A stretch of 62,309 nucleotides of DNA, filler included. It is 6 parts of 6 records of this genome, joined end to end, with 100 filler letters (N's around TTAATTAATTAA, not from the genome) between each part and the next. Parts side by side here need not be neighbours in the genome. Positions count along the whole stretch, not along the records: positions 7,328 to 15,599 come from SRR31156797_22356; positions 15,700 to 42,560 come from SRR31156797_22371; 4 more parts are not named here. One strand, 5' to 3'. Below, piece by piece: positions 9,808 through 19,097 of this stretch. The notes below the pieces were generated by a model that worked only from the letters and a program-made list of their open reading frames with translations, ran no database searches and had not been told where the DNA came from. The number at the start of each line of letters is the position of its first letter. The stretch's first letter is position 1. A program made the translations under genes and the position numbers.

Positions 9808-11895
9808 ATGAAAACGAATCCTAAATTTTACTTAACCCTTTTTCTCGTGTTTCTATTTGGTGCTTCTATTCAGGCACAAACCCATTCAATACATGTTTCC
9901 GTTGATGGAAATGACACCAATAAAGGAACAATAGATAAACCTGTTTCTTCATTTGAAAAGGCAGTAGCGCTCCTAAAACAAGCAGGGGGAAACACAACAC
10001 AATGGGATACCATTGAAGTGATTTTTCATGAAGGAACTTACCGTATCAGTCAGACCCAATTATTGAATGGAAAAGAATTGGGGCATTCCGTACCTGTCGT
10101 GTTCAAAAACTTCCGTGATGACGAAGTAATTATCTCCGGGGCCATTGCAATCAATCAATATCAATCTTTACCCAAAAAGCACTTTCTATATAAGAAAAAT
10201 CCAAAGCTCGGGAAGAAAATTATTGAAATCGACCTAGAGGCAAATGGCTTAACAGAGTACGAAAAAATCCGCCTCTTTGGTTTTCAACGAAATAACCCTC
10301 CAAAGCCGGCAGACCTGAAAGAGGTTTATTTCAATGGCAAAGCCATGCCTCTTTCCCGTTGGCCCAATGAAGGAGAGCCTTATATAAAGACCAAGAAGTT
10401 TTTGAGGGATGGCAAGGAAGAAACCCGGTTGTGGCAAAAGAAAGATGGTTCCATTGGCATTTATTATGAGGAGGACAGGATTTCCTCCTGGATGAATGAG
10501 CCCAATATTGTATTGGGTGGCTACTGGTACTTTACCTGGGCCGATGCCTTTGAACACCCAGTTAAAATCGATGCCGAAAAGAAAATTATTTGGTTGGATG
10601 CCCCTTTTAATATTTATGGTTTCAACAAAGATGGAAAGTTTGTTGGCATGAACCTGATTTCTGAAATTGACCGTCCGGGTGAGTGGGCCTACGATTACAA
10701 GGACAAGAAGGTGTATTTTTATCCTCCCGAAGACCCTAAAGGGCAATCCATTGAATTTTCCGTATGTAAAAAAGCAATGGTTGAGATAAACGACATTTCT
10801 GAAATTACCTTTAAAGGAATTACCTTTCAGAAATCGGCAGGAGCAGCATTTGTTATTAACGACAGCAAAAACATTACCATTGCTAATTGCGACATTTCCG
10901 GTTGTGCTACAGAAGCTATCCGAATGGAAGGTGGAAAAAATAATAGCATCACGTCCTGCCACATAACTGACCTTGGGCGCGGGGCTATTCGTCTTAATGG
11001 AGGCAACCGGTTAACACTGGAACCAGCAAATTACCTGATTGACAATTGCTACATCCACCATACTTCGAGAATAGACCGCACCTATACGCCAGGCGTTTGG
11101 GTTGATGGTGTAGGAACGCATATTACAAACTGTGAGTTTCACGATATCCCGAGCAGCGCAGTCCGCCTAAACGGAAACGATCACCTGGTAGAATACAATG
11201 AAATGTATCGTGTGGTTTACGAATCCCCGGATCAGGGAGCAATCGATATGTGGGGGGATCCAACCTACCGTGGGAACATCATTCGATACAACTATTTTTA
11301 CGATATTGGCCCTTTGGGCAAGGATGAATCCGGAGGTTACCATGGCAGGGCCGGGATAAGAATGGATGATGCTATCTCGGGTACGTTTATCTACTCCAAT
11401 ATTTTCAGAAATGCATCTTATTTTAGTTTTGGCGCGGTACAGATTAATGGCGGAAAAGACAACCTGATTTGGAACAACTTATTCTATCAGTGCAACAAAT
11501 CCATTACGATTGTACCCTGGACTTATGAGCATTGGAGTAACTTTTTAAAACGAGACCAAATTGAAGTATTGCAAGCAGATAAAGAAGTGGAAGTACTTTA
11601 CAAAAGAACATACCCCGATATGGTTCGTCTGCGCAGTAAAAATATCTGTATCAACTCGTTTGTTGAGAATGTATTTATGGAGTGCAATGAAATACATGGC
11701 TTTGTAGATCCAGGCAGAGGGCCTGCCCCTGATAATGTCAAAGAAAGGGACTATATCGTACCTATAGAAAAAACAGAAGGTATCGATCTGGAAAAAGAAA
11801 ACTATAGTCCGGCATTGATCTCTAAAATTATTGGAGACACAGCTGTTTTTGAACCAATACCTTTCGATAAAATTGGCTTAAGAAAGAAGAATTAA
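9808..11895 (+). CDS. secreted right-handed parallel beta-helix protein (putative glycan-active enzyme)
   Basis: Signal peptide; HVSVDGNDTNKGT..P; RWPN; NLISEIDRPGEW; Asn-ladder repeats; DQGAIDMWG; GIRMDD. Confidence 0.8.
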   Translation: MKTNPKFYLTLFLVFLFGASIQAQTHSIHVSVDGNDTNKGTIDKPVSSFEKAVALLKQAGGNTTQWDTIEVIFHEGTYRISQTQLLNGKELGHSVPVVFKNFRDDEVIISGAIAINQYQSLPKKHFLYKKNPKLGKKIIEIDLEANGLTEYEKIRLFGFQRNNPPKPADLKEVYFNGKAMPLSRWPNEGEPYIKTKKFLRDGKEETRLWQKKDGSIGIYYEEDRISSWMNEPNIVLGGYWYFTWADAFEHPVKIDAEKKIIWLDAPFNIYGFNKDGKFVGMNLISEIDRPGEWAYDYKDKKVYFYPPEDPKGQSIEFSVCKKAMVEINDISEITFKGITFQKSAGAAFVINDSKNITIANCDISGCATEAIRMEGGKNNSITSCHITDLGRGAIRLNGGNRLTLEPANYLIDNCYIHHTSRIDRTYTPGVWVDGVGTHITNCEFHDIPSSAVRLNGNDHLVEYNEMYRVVYESPDQGAIDMWGDPTYRGNIIRYNYFYDIGPLGKDESGGYHGRAGIRMDDAISGTFIYSNIFRNASYFSFGAVQINGGKDNLIWNNLFYQCNKSITIVPWTYEHWSNFLKRDQIEVLQADKEVEVLYKRTYPDMVRLRSKNICINSFVENVFMECNEIHGFVDPGRGPAPDNVKERDYIVPIEKTEGIDLEKENYSPALISKIIGDTAVFEPIPFDKIGLRKKN

Positions 11896-11908
11896 AATAT
11901 AAGTAAAG

Positions 11909-14185
11909 ATGAAACTGATTTGCTTTTTAGCCTTGGTGATTTTTGTTTTTACTTCGTGTAACAATGCATCGAATAATAGCAACATTATAGACCAATACAA
12001 TTTGGTATGGGATAGCCCATGCGAATCTTCAGCCGGCTCGATGCCTCTTGGGAATGGCGACATTGGTGTAAATGCCTGGGTTGAAGAAAATGGCGACCTG
12101 ATTTTTTACCTGGGCAAAACCGATGCCTGGAGCGAGAACGGTCGTTTGCTAAAAGTTGGGAAAGTGCGGGTATCTTTTTCACCAAACCTGCTTGCACCTG
12201 AAATCCCCTACCGGCAAGAGCTTCAGTACCGAAAAGGGCAATGGATAGTGGAAATGGGCGAAGAGGCTGACAAGCGTGTGATATGCATGTGGGTGGATGC
12301 TAATAATCCGGTTGTTCATGTTGAAGTAGAAGGGGAACAAGAATTTGAGGCAAGCGTTTCATTCGAGCCCTGGCGGACAGAAAGGCGCCAGGCGCAGGAG
12401 CACGAATTGTTTTCTTTTTATAACATGAAGAGTTCGGGCAAGCCAATTTTCATCGAGCCCGATTCCGTGTTGCAGACCAAGGAAAACCAAATCATGTGGT
12501 TTCATCACAACAAACGATCGGTTTATAAAGAAACCATGGAATTGCAAGGGCTGGGTTCGTTGATGGACGAAGACCCTTTGCTCCACCGAACTTTTGGCGG
12601 ACTAATTGAGGCTGATGGATTCAAGAAAAAGTCAACAAACACAATGGTTTCCCGGGAAACAAAGGATAAAATGCACCTTGCCGTTCACCTGCTTACAACG
12701 GAAAAAGCAAGCGTAAAGGAATGGCAAAATCAGATTGAAGCGAATGCTGCTCAGATTGAATCCTCTGATTTGGCAAAGGCGAAACAGATGCACCAAGAAT
12801 GGTGGTCGAAATTCTGGGACAAAAGCTGGGTTCGTGTATCAGGTGGGGATACCTCGGAAACAAGGAATATTTCAACGGGATGGCATGCCCATCGCTACCT
12901 TGTTGCCTGTACAGGACGAGGAAAATATCCAATAAAATACAATGGTTCCGTATTTACTGTTGATGGACAACCGGGATTGACAGCCGGACATGTAGAACCA
13001 GCTGAAAAATGGGATGCCGATTACCGCAATTGGGGCGACCCGTTTTGGTTTCAAAATCAACGTCAGATTTACTGGCCAATGCTGGCTGCCGGGGATTTTG
13101 AACTGATGAAACCTTTCTTTAAAATGTACAGGGATGTTCTTCCCCTGGCAAAAAAGCGCACCAAATTGTATTATGGACACAAAGGAGCTTTCTTCCCCGA
13201 AACCATGTTGTTTTATGGCCCTTATGCAAACAGCAACTACGGTCACGATAGAAAAAATAAACCTTTAGGATTAATCGATAACAATTATACTAAACGATAC
13301 TGGCAGGGAGGTTTGGAACTTAGTACTATGATGCTGGAATACTATAAATACACAGCAGATTCAGCATTTTTAGCAACAACGGCACTACCAATAATTAAAG
13401 AGGTAATTACTTTTTATGCCAACCACTGGCCCTTGGACGATAACGGAAAAATAGAAATGCATCCGGCACAGGCATTGGAAACCTATTGGGATGTAAAAAA
13501 TCCACTCCCTGAAATTGCCGGGATAAAAAAAGTGTTGCACGAACTCCTGCAACTGCCTCATGAATTTTCGACACCGGCCCTGCGCGAAGAATGGCAAAGA
13601 ATTACAACTTTGGTTCCCGACTTTCCAGTAAAAACAGATGAGACAGGGAAACAATATATGGCACCTGCTGAGGAAAATTATTCAAAAGGACACAATGTGG
13701 AGAATGTGGCCCTTTATTCCGTTTTTCCTTATCGGCAATTTGGCATGGGCATGGATGATTTGGAGTTGATGAAGAACTCATTCCACCAGAAACATTTTAA
13801 AGGTGTTTACCGGTGCTGGCACAACGATCCCGTGTTTGCCGCTTATTTAGGAATTACCGAAGAGGCTCGAAAGCACTTAGGAAACCGCTTTGTGTATAGC
13901 GGTAATTTCCGTTTCCCGGCGTTTTATATTCAGGGCGATTGGGTTCCCGACCACGACAATGGTGGAGTGGCATCGCAGACTGTTCATGCCATGTTGATGC
14001 AGCCTGTGGGCGATAAGATCCTGCTGTTCCCGGCCTGGCCCAAAGAGTGGGATGTGGACTTTAAACTCCATGCCCCTAAAAAAACAACCGTTGAGGTAAA
14101 ATATAGAAATGGAAAGATTGAGAAGTTGGATGTTTTACCAAAGGAAAGAGAGAAAGACCTTATTATAAGTTCTGAATTTCGGTAA
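11909..14185 (+). CDS. GH95-like (alpha/alpha)6 glycoside hydrolase, DUF5703-type lipoprotein
   Basis: Lipobox FTSC; SMPLGNGDIG, HQEWWSKFWDKS, YRNWG..FWFQNQR, MLMQ...ILLFPAWPKEW. Confidence 0.75.
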   Translation: MKLICFLALVIFVFTSCNNASNNSNIIDQYNLVWDSPCESSAGSMPLGNGDIGVNAWVEENGDLIFYLGKTDAWSENGRLLKVGKVRVSFSPNLLAPEIPYRQELQYRKGQWIVEMGEEADKRVICMWVDANNPVVHVEVEGEQEFEASVSFEPWRTERRQAQEHELFSFYNMKSSGKPIFIEPDSVLQTKENQIMWFHHNKRSVYKETMELQGLGSLMDEDPLLHRTFGGLIEADGFKKKSTNTMVSRETKDKMHLAVHLLTTEKASVKEWQNQIEANAAQIESSDLAKAKQMHQEWWSKFWDKSWVRVSGGDTSETRNISTGWHAHRYLVACTGRGKYPIKYNGSVFTVDGQPGLTAGHVEPAEKWDADYRNWGDPFWFQNQRQIYWPMLAAGDFELMKPFFKMYRDVLPLAKKRTKLYYGHKGAFFPETMLFYGPYANSNYGHDRKNKPLGLIDNNYTKRYWQGGLELSTMMLEYYKYTADSAFLATTALPIIKEVITFYANHWPLDDNGKIEMHPAQALETYWDVKNPLPEIAGIKKVLHELLQLPHEFSTPALREEWQRITTLVPDFPVKTDETGKQYMAPAEENYSKGHNVENVALYSVFPYRQFGMGMDDLELMKNSFHQKHFKGVYRCWHNDPVFAAYLGITEEARKHLGNRFVYSGNFRFPAFYIQGDWVPDHDNGGVASQTVHAMLMQPVGDKILLFPAWPKEWDVDFKLHAPKKTTVEVKYRNGKIEKLDVLPKEREKDLIISSEFR

Positions 14186-14210
14186 TACGTTATTTATTGT
14201 TTTAAACCTA

Positions 14211-15329
14211 ATGCATTCAAATATGAAACCGGATAAAAAAAATAATGAATGGTGGCAAGTAGAACTGGAGAAGAAACCCGATTTCGACAAATGTATGCAA
14301 CGCATTTATGCCTGGTACGATCAGGAAATGATAGACAGGATTCCAATTCGATTCTCAGCACATAATCAGGAATACAATTCAGAAAGTGTGCTGAATGGAT
14401 ATGAATTTAGCAACTTAAAAGAACGTTGGTGGAATACAGAGTACCAACTGGAACTTTTTGAGCATCAACTGGAGCATGGCATTTACAATGCGGAGACTTT
14501 TCCCATATTTTGGCCCAATCTTGGACCGGAAGTATATACTGCCTTTTACGGTGTTGAATTGGAATACAAAGAGATTACCTCCTATGCCAAACCTTTGATT
14601 CAGGATTGGTCTCAGCTTGACGAACTGAAGCTGGATGTGAATAATCCGTATTTCAAAAAGATTGAAGAGATGACCAGTGCAGCACTTGAAAACTGCGAAG
14701 GAAGGTATCTGGTGGGCTATACTGATATTCATCCGGGAATGGACTGTGTCGCAGCATTTCGCGACCCGGAAACACTTTGCATGGACTTGATTATGGAACC
14801 CGAGCAGGTAAAACGCCTGATGGATATTTCCTCAAAAGACTTTCACTTTGTGTTTGATTATTTTGATAAGATTTTAAAAGAAAAGAATCAACTTTCAGTT
14901 ACCTGGATGGGAATCCCATCATTCTCTAAAATGCATATCCCCAGCTGCGACTTCAGCTCTATGATTGCACCCGAACATTTTGATGAGTTTGTTTTGCCAT
15001 GGCTTAAAAAGGAAATTGCCCCAATTGAACACAATGTTTATCACCTGGATGGAAAAGGGGTTGCGAATCATGTTGACAGGATATTGGAATTACCCGAAAT
15101 AAATGCGATCCAATGGGTTCAGGGTGTAGGCGATGATTTGCCCATTATGCAGTGGGTGCCATTTATTAAAAAAATACAGGCAGCAGGTAAGTCGGTTGTT
15201 GTGGATTTAGCCCCTTCGGAGCTCGAAGCTTTTATGGCAGAAGTTGATCCGAAAGGTATTTTCTTATGCATAAATGCCGATCCTGATATTCAGGAAGATA
15301 TAATCAAAAAAGTGGAAAAGTGGAAATAA
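14211..15329 (+). CDS. UroD/MetE-fold protein (uroporphyrinogen decarboxylase / corrinoid methyltransferase superfamily)
   Basis: PNLGP, DIHPGMD..AAFR...LCMDL, CDFSSMI.P..FDEF..P, YHLDG, AIQWVQG; the start may instead be ATG 14223. Confidence 0.7.
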   Translation: MHSNMKPDKKNNEWWQVELEKKPDFDKCMQRIYAWYDQEMIDRIPIRFSAHNQEYNSESVLNGYEFSNLKERWWNTEYQLELFEHQLEHGIYNAETFPIFWPNLGPEVYTAFYGVELEYKEITSYAKPLIQDWSQLDELKLDVNNPYFKKIEEMTSAALENCEGRYLVGYTDIHPGMDCVAAFRDPETLCMDLIMEPEQVKRLMDISSKDFHFVFDYFDKILKEKNQLSVTWMGIPSFSKMHIPSCDFSSMIAPEHFDEFVLPWLKKEIAPIEHNVYHLDGKGVANHVDRILELPEINAIQWVQGVGDDLPIMQWVPFIKKIQAAGKSVVVDLAPSELEAFMAEVDPKGIFLCINADPDIQEDIIKKVEKWK

Positions 15330-15358
15330 GAAACTAAACTTAATATTTATTGTAAATA

Positions 15359-15599
15359 ATGCTGATTAATAAAGTTCAATTAATTACTGGATTTAGCCTT
15401 TTAAAGCTAATCCTGTTAATTCAAATTATGGTAGCCAACAATTTATACACTCAGGATTCTTCTGTAAACAAAAGACTGAATAATGCCTCAGTGGTGTATT
15501 CAGATGGAACCTTAAAAGTATCTACCGGAAAGGTACAACGCTCATGCGAACTAACAGAAACCGGATTTCAAACTGTTTCATTCAAAAATCTTCAATCAA
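15359..15599 (+). CDS. secreted protein, 5' fragment (possibly an alpha-galactosidase-like CAZyme)
   Basis: Signal-like N-terminus followed by a beta-rich segment; cut by the linker; product is a guess from context. Confidence 0.4.
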
Positions 15600-15699
15600 N
15601 NNNNNNNNNNNNNNNNNNNNNNNNNNNNNNNNNNNNNNNNNNNTTAATTAATTAANNNNNNNNNNNNNNNNNNNNNNNNNNNNNNNNNNNNNNNNNNNN
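15600..15699. other. artificial contig linker
   Basis: 44 N + TTAATTAATTAA + 44 N. Confidence 0.99.
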
Positions 15700-15727
15700 G
15701 CAAAAGGGTTTAAGCCGCCGGAGGCAT
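15700..15727. repeat. probable end of an interspersed palindromic repeat
   Basis: GCAAAAGGGTTTAAGCCGCCGGAGGCAT at the block edge resembles an intergenic repeat I recall from Maridesulfovibrio genomes; only one partial copy is visible. Confidence 0.4.
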
Positions 15728-15732
15728 TAAAT

Positions 15733-16248
15733 ATGTACGAAACAGAAGATTTATATAACGACGAAGAGGACCTTTCCAGTCCCAGTAGATCGCAGAAAAA
15801 ACGCGAAATGGTTGCCCTGCAAAAGCTGGCCGAAAAACTCATGACCCTCGGTCCTGAACTGGTTAAAAAATGCGGTCTGCCGAACTACTTCATTGAAGAG
15901 GTGCTGGATGCCATGGCAATCAAAGCCCATGAAGCCAAACGCCGCAAAGTGCAGTACATCGGCAAACTCATCCGCGACATCGACACTCAGCCGCTTATTG
16001 ATTTTCTTGAAGATATCGAAACCGGTAATAAGTCTGACAACCTGAAATTCCACACTCTTGAAGTGTGGCGCAGCAGATTGATTGATGGGGATTTTTCCGT
16101 ATTTGATGAAATCATGGAACTACATCCGCAGGCTGACCGTCAGCGACTTTCTCAATTGGCCCGCAATGCCAAAAAAGAAAAAGATAAATCCAAGCCTCCA
16201 AAAGCAGCACGTGCCCTTTTCAAGGCTCTACGCGAACTAACTGAATAA
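15733..16248 (+). CDS. darP: ribosome biogenesis factor DarP (YjgA/DUF615)
   Basis: SRSQKKREM..LQKL, HEAKRRKVQYIGKLIR, FHTLEVWRSRLI, DRQRLSQLARNA. Confidence 0.92.
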   Translation: MYETEDLYNDEEDLSSPSRSQKKREMVALQKLAEKLMTLGPELVKKCGLPNYFIEEVLDAMAIKAHEAKRRKVQYIGKLIRDIDTQPLIDFLEDIETGNKSDNLKFHTLEVWRSRLIDGDFSVFDEIMELHPQADRQRLSQLARNAKKEKDKSKPPKAARALFKALRELTE

Positions 16249-16254
16249 ACGGTC

Positions 16255-16307
16255 TTGACTCCTAAGAATACAATCTTACTTTACATATGTTGTGAATTAA
16301 TTCACAC
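16255..16307 (+). promoter_or_regulatory. sigma70 promoter (TTGACT-16-TACTTT) followed by a Rex-like operator at 16290-16307
   Basis: TTGTGAATTAATTCACAC matches the Rex palindrome TTGTGAA-W4-TTCACAA at 17 of 18 positions. Confidence 0.6.
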
Positions 16308-16341
16308 TTAATTTTTCAAGAAACAATCAAGGAGAGATACC

Positions 16342-16599
16342 GTGACTTATATCTATGACGGCGTAGAACTGGAAGAAAGAACCTGCCCCCATTGCGGCGA
16401 AGAACTCAGTCCCTGGATCGCACCGCCCGAATCAGGATGGGGAGTAATCGTTGTCTGCAACAACAATAAATGCCCGCACTATGTTGGTTCCGACTGCGAT
16501 ATCGTCAACAAGCGTGACGATTCCAACCTCGGTTGCCGCTACGCGGAAAATCCCGATAACAAATACACCCCATTCAACCTCCTTGCGTGGACACGGTAG
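16342..16599 (+). CDS. small Cys-rich putative metal-binding protein
   Basis: GTG start after AAGGAG; CPHC, CNNNKC and GCRY motifs; own promoter and terminator. Confidence 0.8.
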   Translation: MTYIYDGVELEERTCPHCGEELSPWIAPPESGWGVIVVCNNNKCPHYVGSDCDIVNKRDDSNLGCRYAENPDNKYTPFNLLAWTR

Positions 16600-16624
16600 C
16601 TTAAAGCTTTATCAACGATCACTT

Positions 16625-16660
16625 AAATCCCCGCAAGCTTCGGCCTGCGGGGATTTTTTT
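16625..16660 (+). terminator. rho-independent terminator
   Basis: AAATCCCCGCA / TGCGGGGATTT stem followed by a T-tract. Confidence 0.85.
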
Positions 16661-16769
16661 GTTAAACTATTTCTGTTTTTATCTAAGTCAACGTCATATT
16701 GACAAAGCAAATCACAACTTCTATTTCAGGGTTCCCCAAATCTGTAATATCTTTCCCACGAGAGTCTAA

Positions 16770-17657
16770 ATGTCCTTTCTCCAAGCCCAATATATTGCGG
16801 TAGTAGCTCTGCTCACAGCTGTACTACTATGGTCCAGCTCATTTGTAGCATTGAAACTGGCCATGGCAGTATATGATCCCACTTTCGTAATATTCGGAAG
16901 AATGATGCTGGCCACGCTATGCTTCATCTTTTTCATTCCAAGCTTCAAGAAACAACCTATCCGCAAAGGCGATTTCAGATGGCTGATATTCATGGCCTTT
17001 TGCGAACCCTGCATGTATTTTATATTTGAAAGTCAAGCCATAACATACACCTCGGCCTCACAAGCAGGGATGATATGCTCAACCCTTCCGCTACTCATGG
17101 CTGTTTCTGCCCGCTTTGTTCTCAATGAAGAATTAAGCCGCAGGACCCTGATTGGATTCGCTCTGGCAGTTTGCGGTGGAATCTGGCTTTCTCTGGCATC
17201 AGAATCTACGGAGAACGCACCAAATCCAATGCTCGGAAATTTCCTTGAATTTCTGGCCATGTGTTGTGCAGTAGGTTATATGACCGTGCTAAAAAAGATG
17301 ACTGCCCGCTATTCATCTCTTTTCCTAACCGCATTTCAAGCCTTTATGGGGGCGATATTTTATCTGCCGCTTCTGGCTTTACCATCCACCAACCTGCCAT
17401 CTGTTTTTGATCCTCTGGCAGCAGGAAGCATAGCCTACCTTGGAATCGGCGTAACCATTGGCGGTTACGGTCTATACAACTTCGGCATGAGCAAACTTCC
17501 CGCCAACCAGACCACCGCCTACGTGAACCTGATTCCGGTATGTACCCTTTTCTTTGGTTGGCTGATACTGGACGAGACCTTCACTAACATGCAATTTGCT
17601 GCAGCCGCACTGGTTATGGGCGGAGTTATAATAAGTCAGGATAAAAAAAGCGGCTAA
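16770..17657 (+). CDS. DMT/EamA family transporter
   Basis: About 10 TM helices in two EamA repeats (LWSSSFVALK, TSASQAG, NLIPV). Confidence 0.9.
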   Translation: MSFLQAQYIAVVALLTAVLLWSSSFVALKLAMAVYDPTFVIFGRMMLATLCFIFFIPSFKKQPIRKGDFRWLIFMAFCEPCMYFIFESQAITYTSASQAGMICSTLPLLMAVSARFVLNEELSRRTLIGFALAVCGGIWLSLASESTENAPNPMLGNFLEFLAMCCAVGYMTVLKKMTARYSSLFLTAFQAFMGAIFYLPLLALPSTNLPSVFDPLAAGSIAYLGIGVTIGGYGLYNFGMSKLPANQTTAYVNLIPVCTLFFGWLILDETFTNMQFAAAALVMGGVIISQDKKSG

Positions 17658-17689
17658 GTTTTCATCTCAGATATTTTCTAAAATCCCTT

Positions 17690-17726
17690 GGGCTGACATA
17701 GTTTGTTATGTCAGCCCTATTTTTTT
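17690..17726 (+). terminator. rho-independent terminator
   Basis: GGGCTGACATA / TATGTCAGCCC 11-bp stem followed by TATTTTTTT. Confidence 0.85.
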
Positions 17727-17759
17727 ATCTACAACACCGTCTATTCAGACTTAAAAAGT

Positions 17760-17788
17760 ATGACAATGAAATCCCACCGTGTTATCTT
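17760..17788 (+). promoter_or_regulatory. putative sigma70 promoter of sqr
   Basis: ATGACA-17-TATCTT with an extended -10 TG. Confidence 0.45.
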
Positions 17789-17843
17789 TCAGCTAAGTGT
17801 CAGATTACCCACCCCATGACAGTATAACATTGAGGGACATGCT

Positions 17844-19094
17844 ATGCGGAAGATCGTAATTATCGGGGCCGGAGCCGGCGGAACCATGGTTGCCAACCTG
17901 TTACGCAAAGAGCTTGACGAAGAAGAATTCGAAATAACTATCATCGACCGGGACGAAAAACATCATTACCAACCCGGCTACCTGTTCATTCCCTTTGGAA
18001 TTTACAGCAAAAAAGACGTCCTCAAGCCCAAACGGGAATTCATCCCCGAAGGCGTGGAATTCGTTCTCGACACAGTCACTAAAATCGACACAAGCAGTCG
18101 AAAAGTGGAAACACTCAAAACCAGCTACGATTACGATTGGCTGGTGGTCGCGTCCGGGGCACGTATCGACCCTTCCGAGGTGGACGGTATGATGGATGGA
18201 TGGCGCAAATCCGTATTTGATTTTTATTCCTTAGGCGGCGCACAAGCCCTGCGCAAGGAACTGAAATATTTTTCATCCGGCAAAATAGTACTCAATATTG
18301 CTGATGTACCCTACAAATGTCCCATTGCTCCCCTTGAGTTTGTTTTTCTGGCTGACTGGTTCTTCACCATGAACGGGGTTCGCGACAAAGTGGAAATAGA
18401 ACTGGTCACCCCGCTGGACGGTGTTTTCACCAAGCCGGTCGCCACCAAGGCCCTTTCAGCATTAGCTGACAAAAAGAACATCAAAGTCACCACCCAATTT
18501 GCATTAGACAATGTAAATGCCAAGGAGAGATTCATTGAATCTGCGGACAGCAAGAAGGTCGATTACGATCTGCTGGTGTCCATCCCGCCCAACCTCGGCG
18601 ACAAATGCATCACCGACTCTAAAATGGGCGACCCCATGGGTTTCATGCAAACCGACAACTACACCCTCAAGGCCGAGGGCATGGACCGGATATTCGTTAT
18701 CGGTGATGCCACCAACGTCCCAGCCTCCAAAGCCGGGTCCACCGCCCATTACCAATCCACCACCGTGGTCAACAACATCATACGCGAAATTGACGGTTAC
18801 GAACCCAAGCCCACTTTTGACGGACACGCTACCTGCTTTCTGGCCTCCGGTTTCGATAAAGCCGTTCTGCTGGACTTCAACTACAAGGTCGAACCGCTTC
18901 CAGGCATGTTTCCCTTCCCAGGCATGGGGCCCTTTGACCTGCTCAAGGAGTCATTGGGCAATTACTGGGGCAAGATGATGTTCCGCTGGGTATACTGGAA
19001 CCTGATGATGAAAGGGCACGAACTTCCGCTTGAACCTGAAATGAATCTCGCCGGCAAGGTGCGCCGCTACATTGAACAGGAAGCGGAGGGTTAG
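17844..19094 (+). CDS. sqr: sulfide:quinone oxidoreductase-like FAD-dependent oxidoreductase (type III-like)
   Basis: GAGAGG FAD-binding motif, HHYQPG, KCPIAPLEF, IGDATNVPASKAG, FDGHATCF (both catalytic-type Cys present). Confidence 0.8.
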   Translation: MRKIVIIGAGAGGTMVANLLRKELDEEEFEITIIDRDEKHHYQPGYLFIPFGIYSKKDVLKPKREFIPEGVEFVLDTVTKIDTSSRKVETLKTSYDYDWLVVASGARIDPSEVDGMMDGWRKSVFDFYSLGGAQALRKELKYFSSGKIVLNIADVPYKCPIAPLEFVFLADWFFTMNGVRDKVEIELVTPLDGVFTKPVATKALSALADKKNIKVTTQFALDNVNAKERFIESADSKKVDYDLLVSIPPNLGDKCITDSKMGDPMGFMQTDNYTLKAEGMDRIFVIGDATNVPASKAGSTAHYQSTTVVNNIIREIDGYEPKPTFDGHATCFLASGFDKAVLLDFNYKVEPLPGMFPFPGMGPFDLLKESLGNYWGKMMFRWVYWNLMMKGHELPLEPEMNLAGKVRRYIEQEAEG

Positions 19095-19097
19095 TTT

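Noticed and set aside
10249..10962. 237-aa minus-strand ORF inside the beta-helix gene
   Set aside because: Antisense shadow with no RBS context or domain signal
17844..19094. Possible selenocysteine in the SQR-like protein
   Set aside because: No in-frame TGA; the catalytic positions are Cys and the gene ends in TAG
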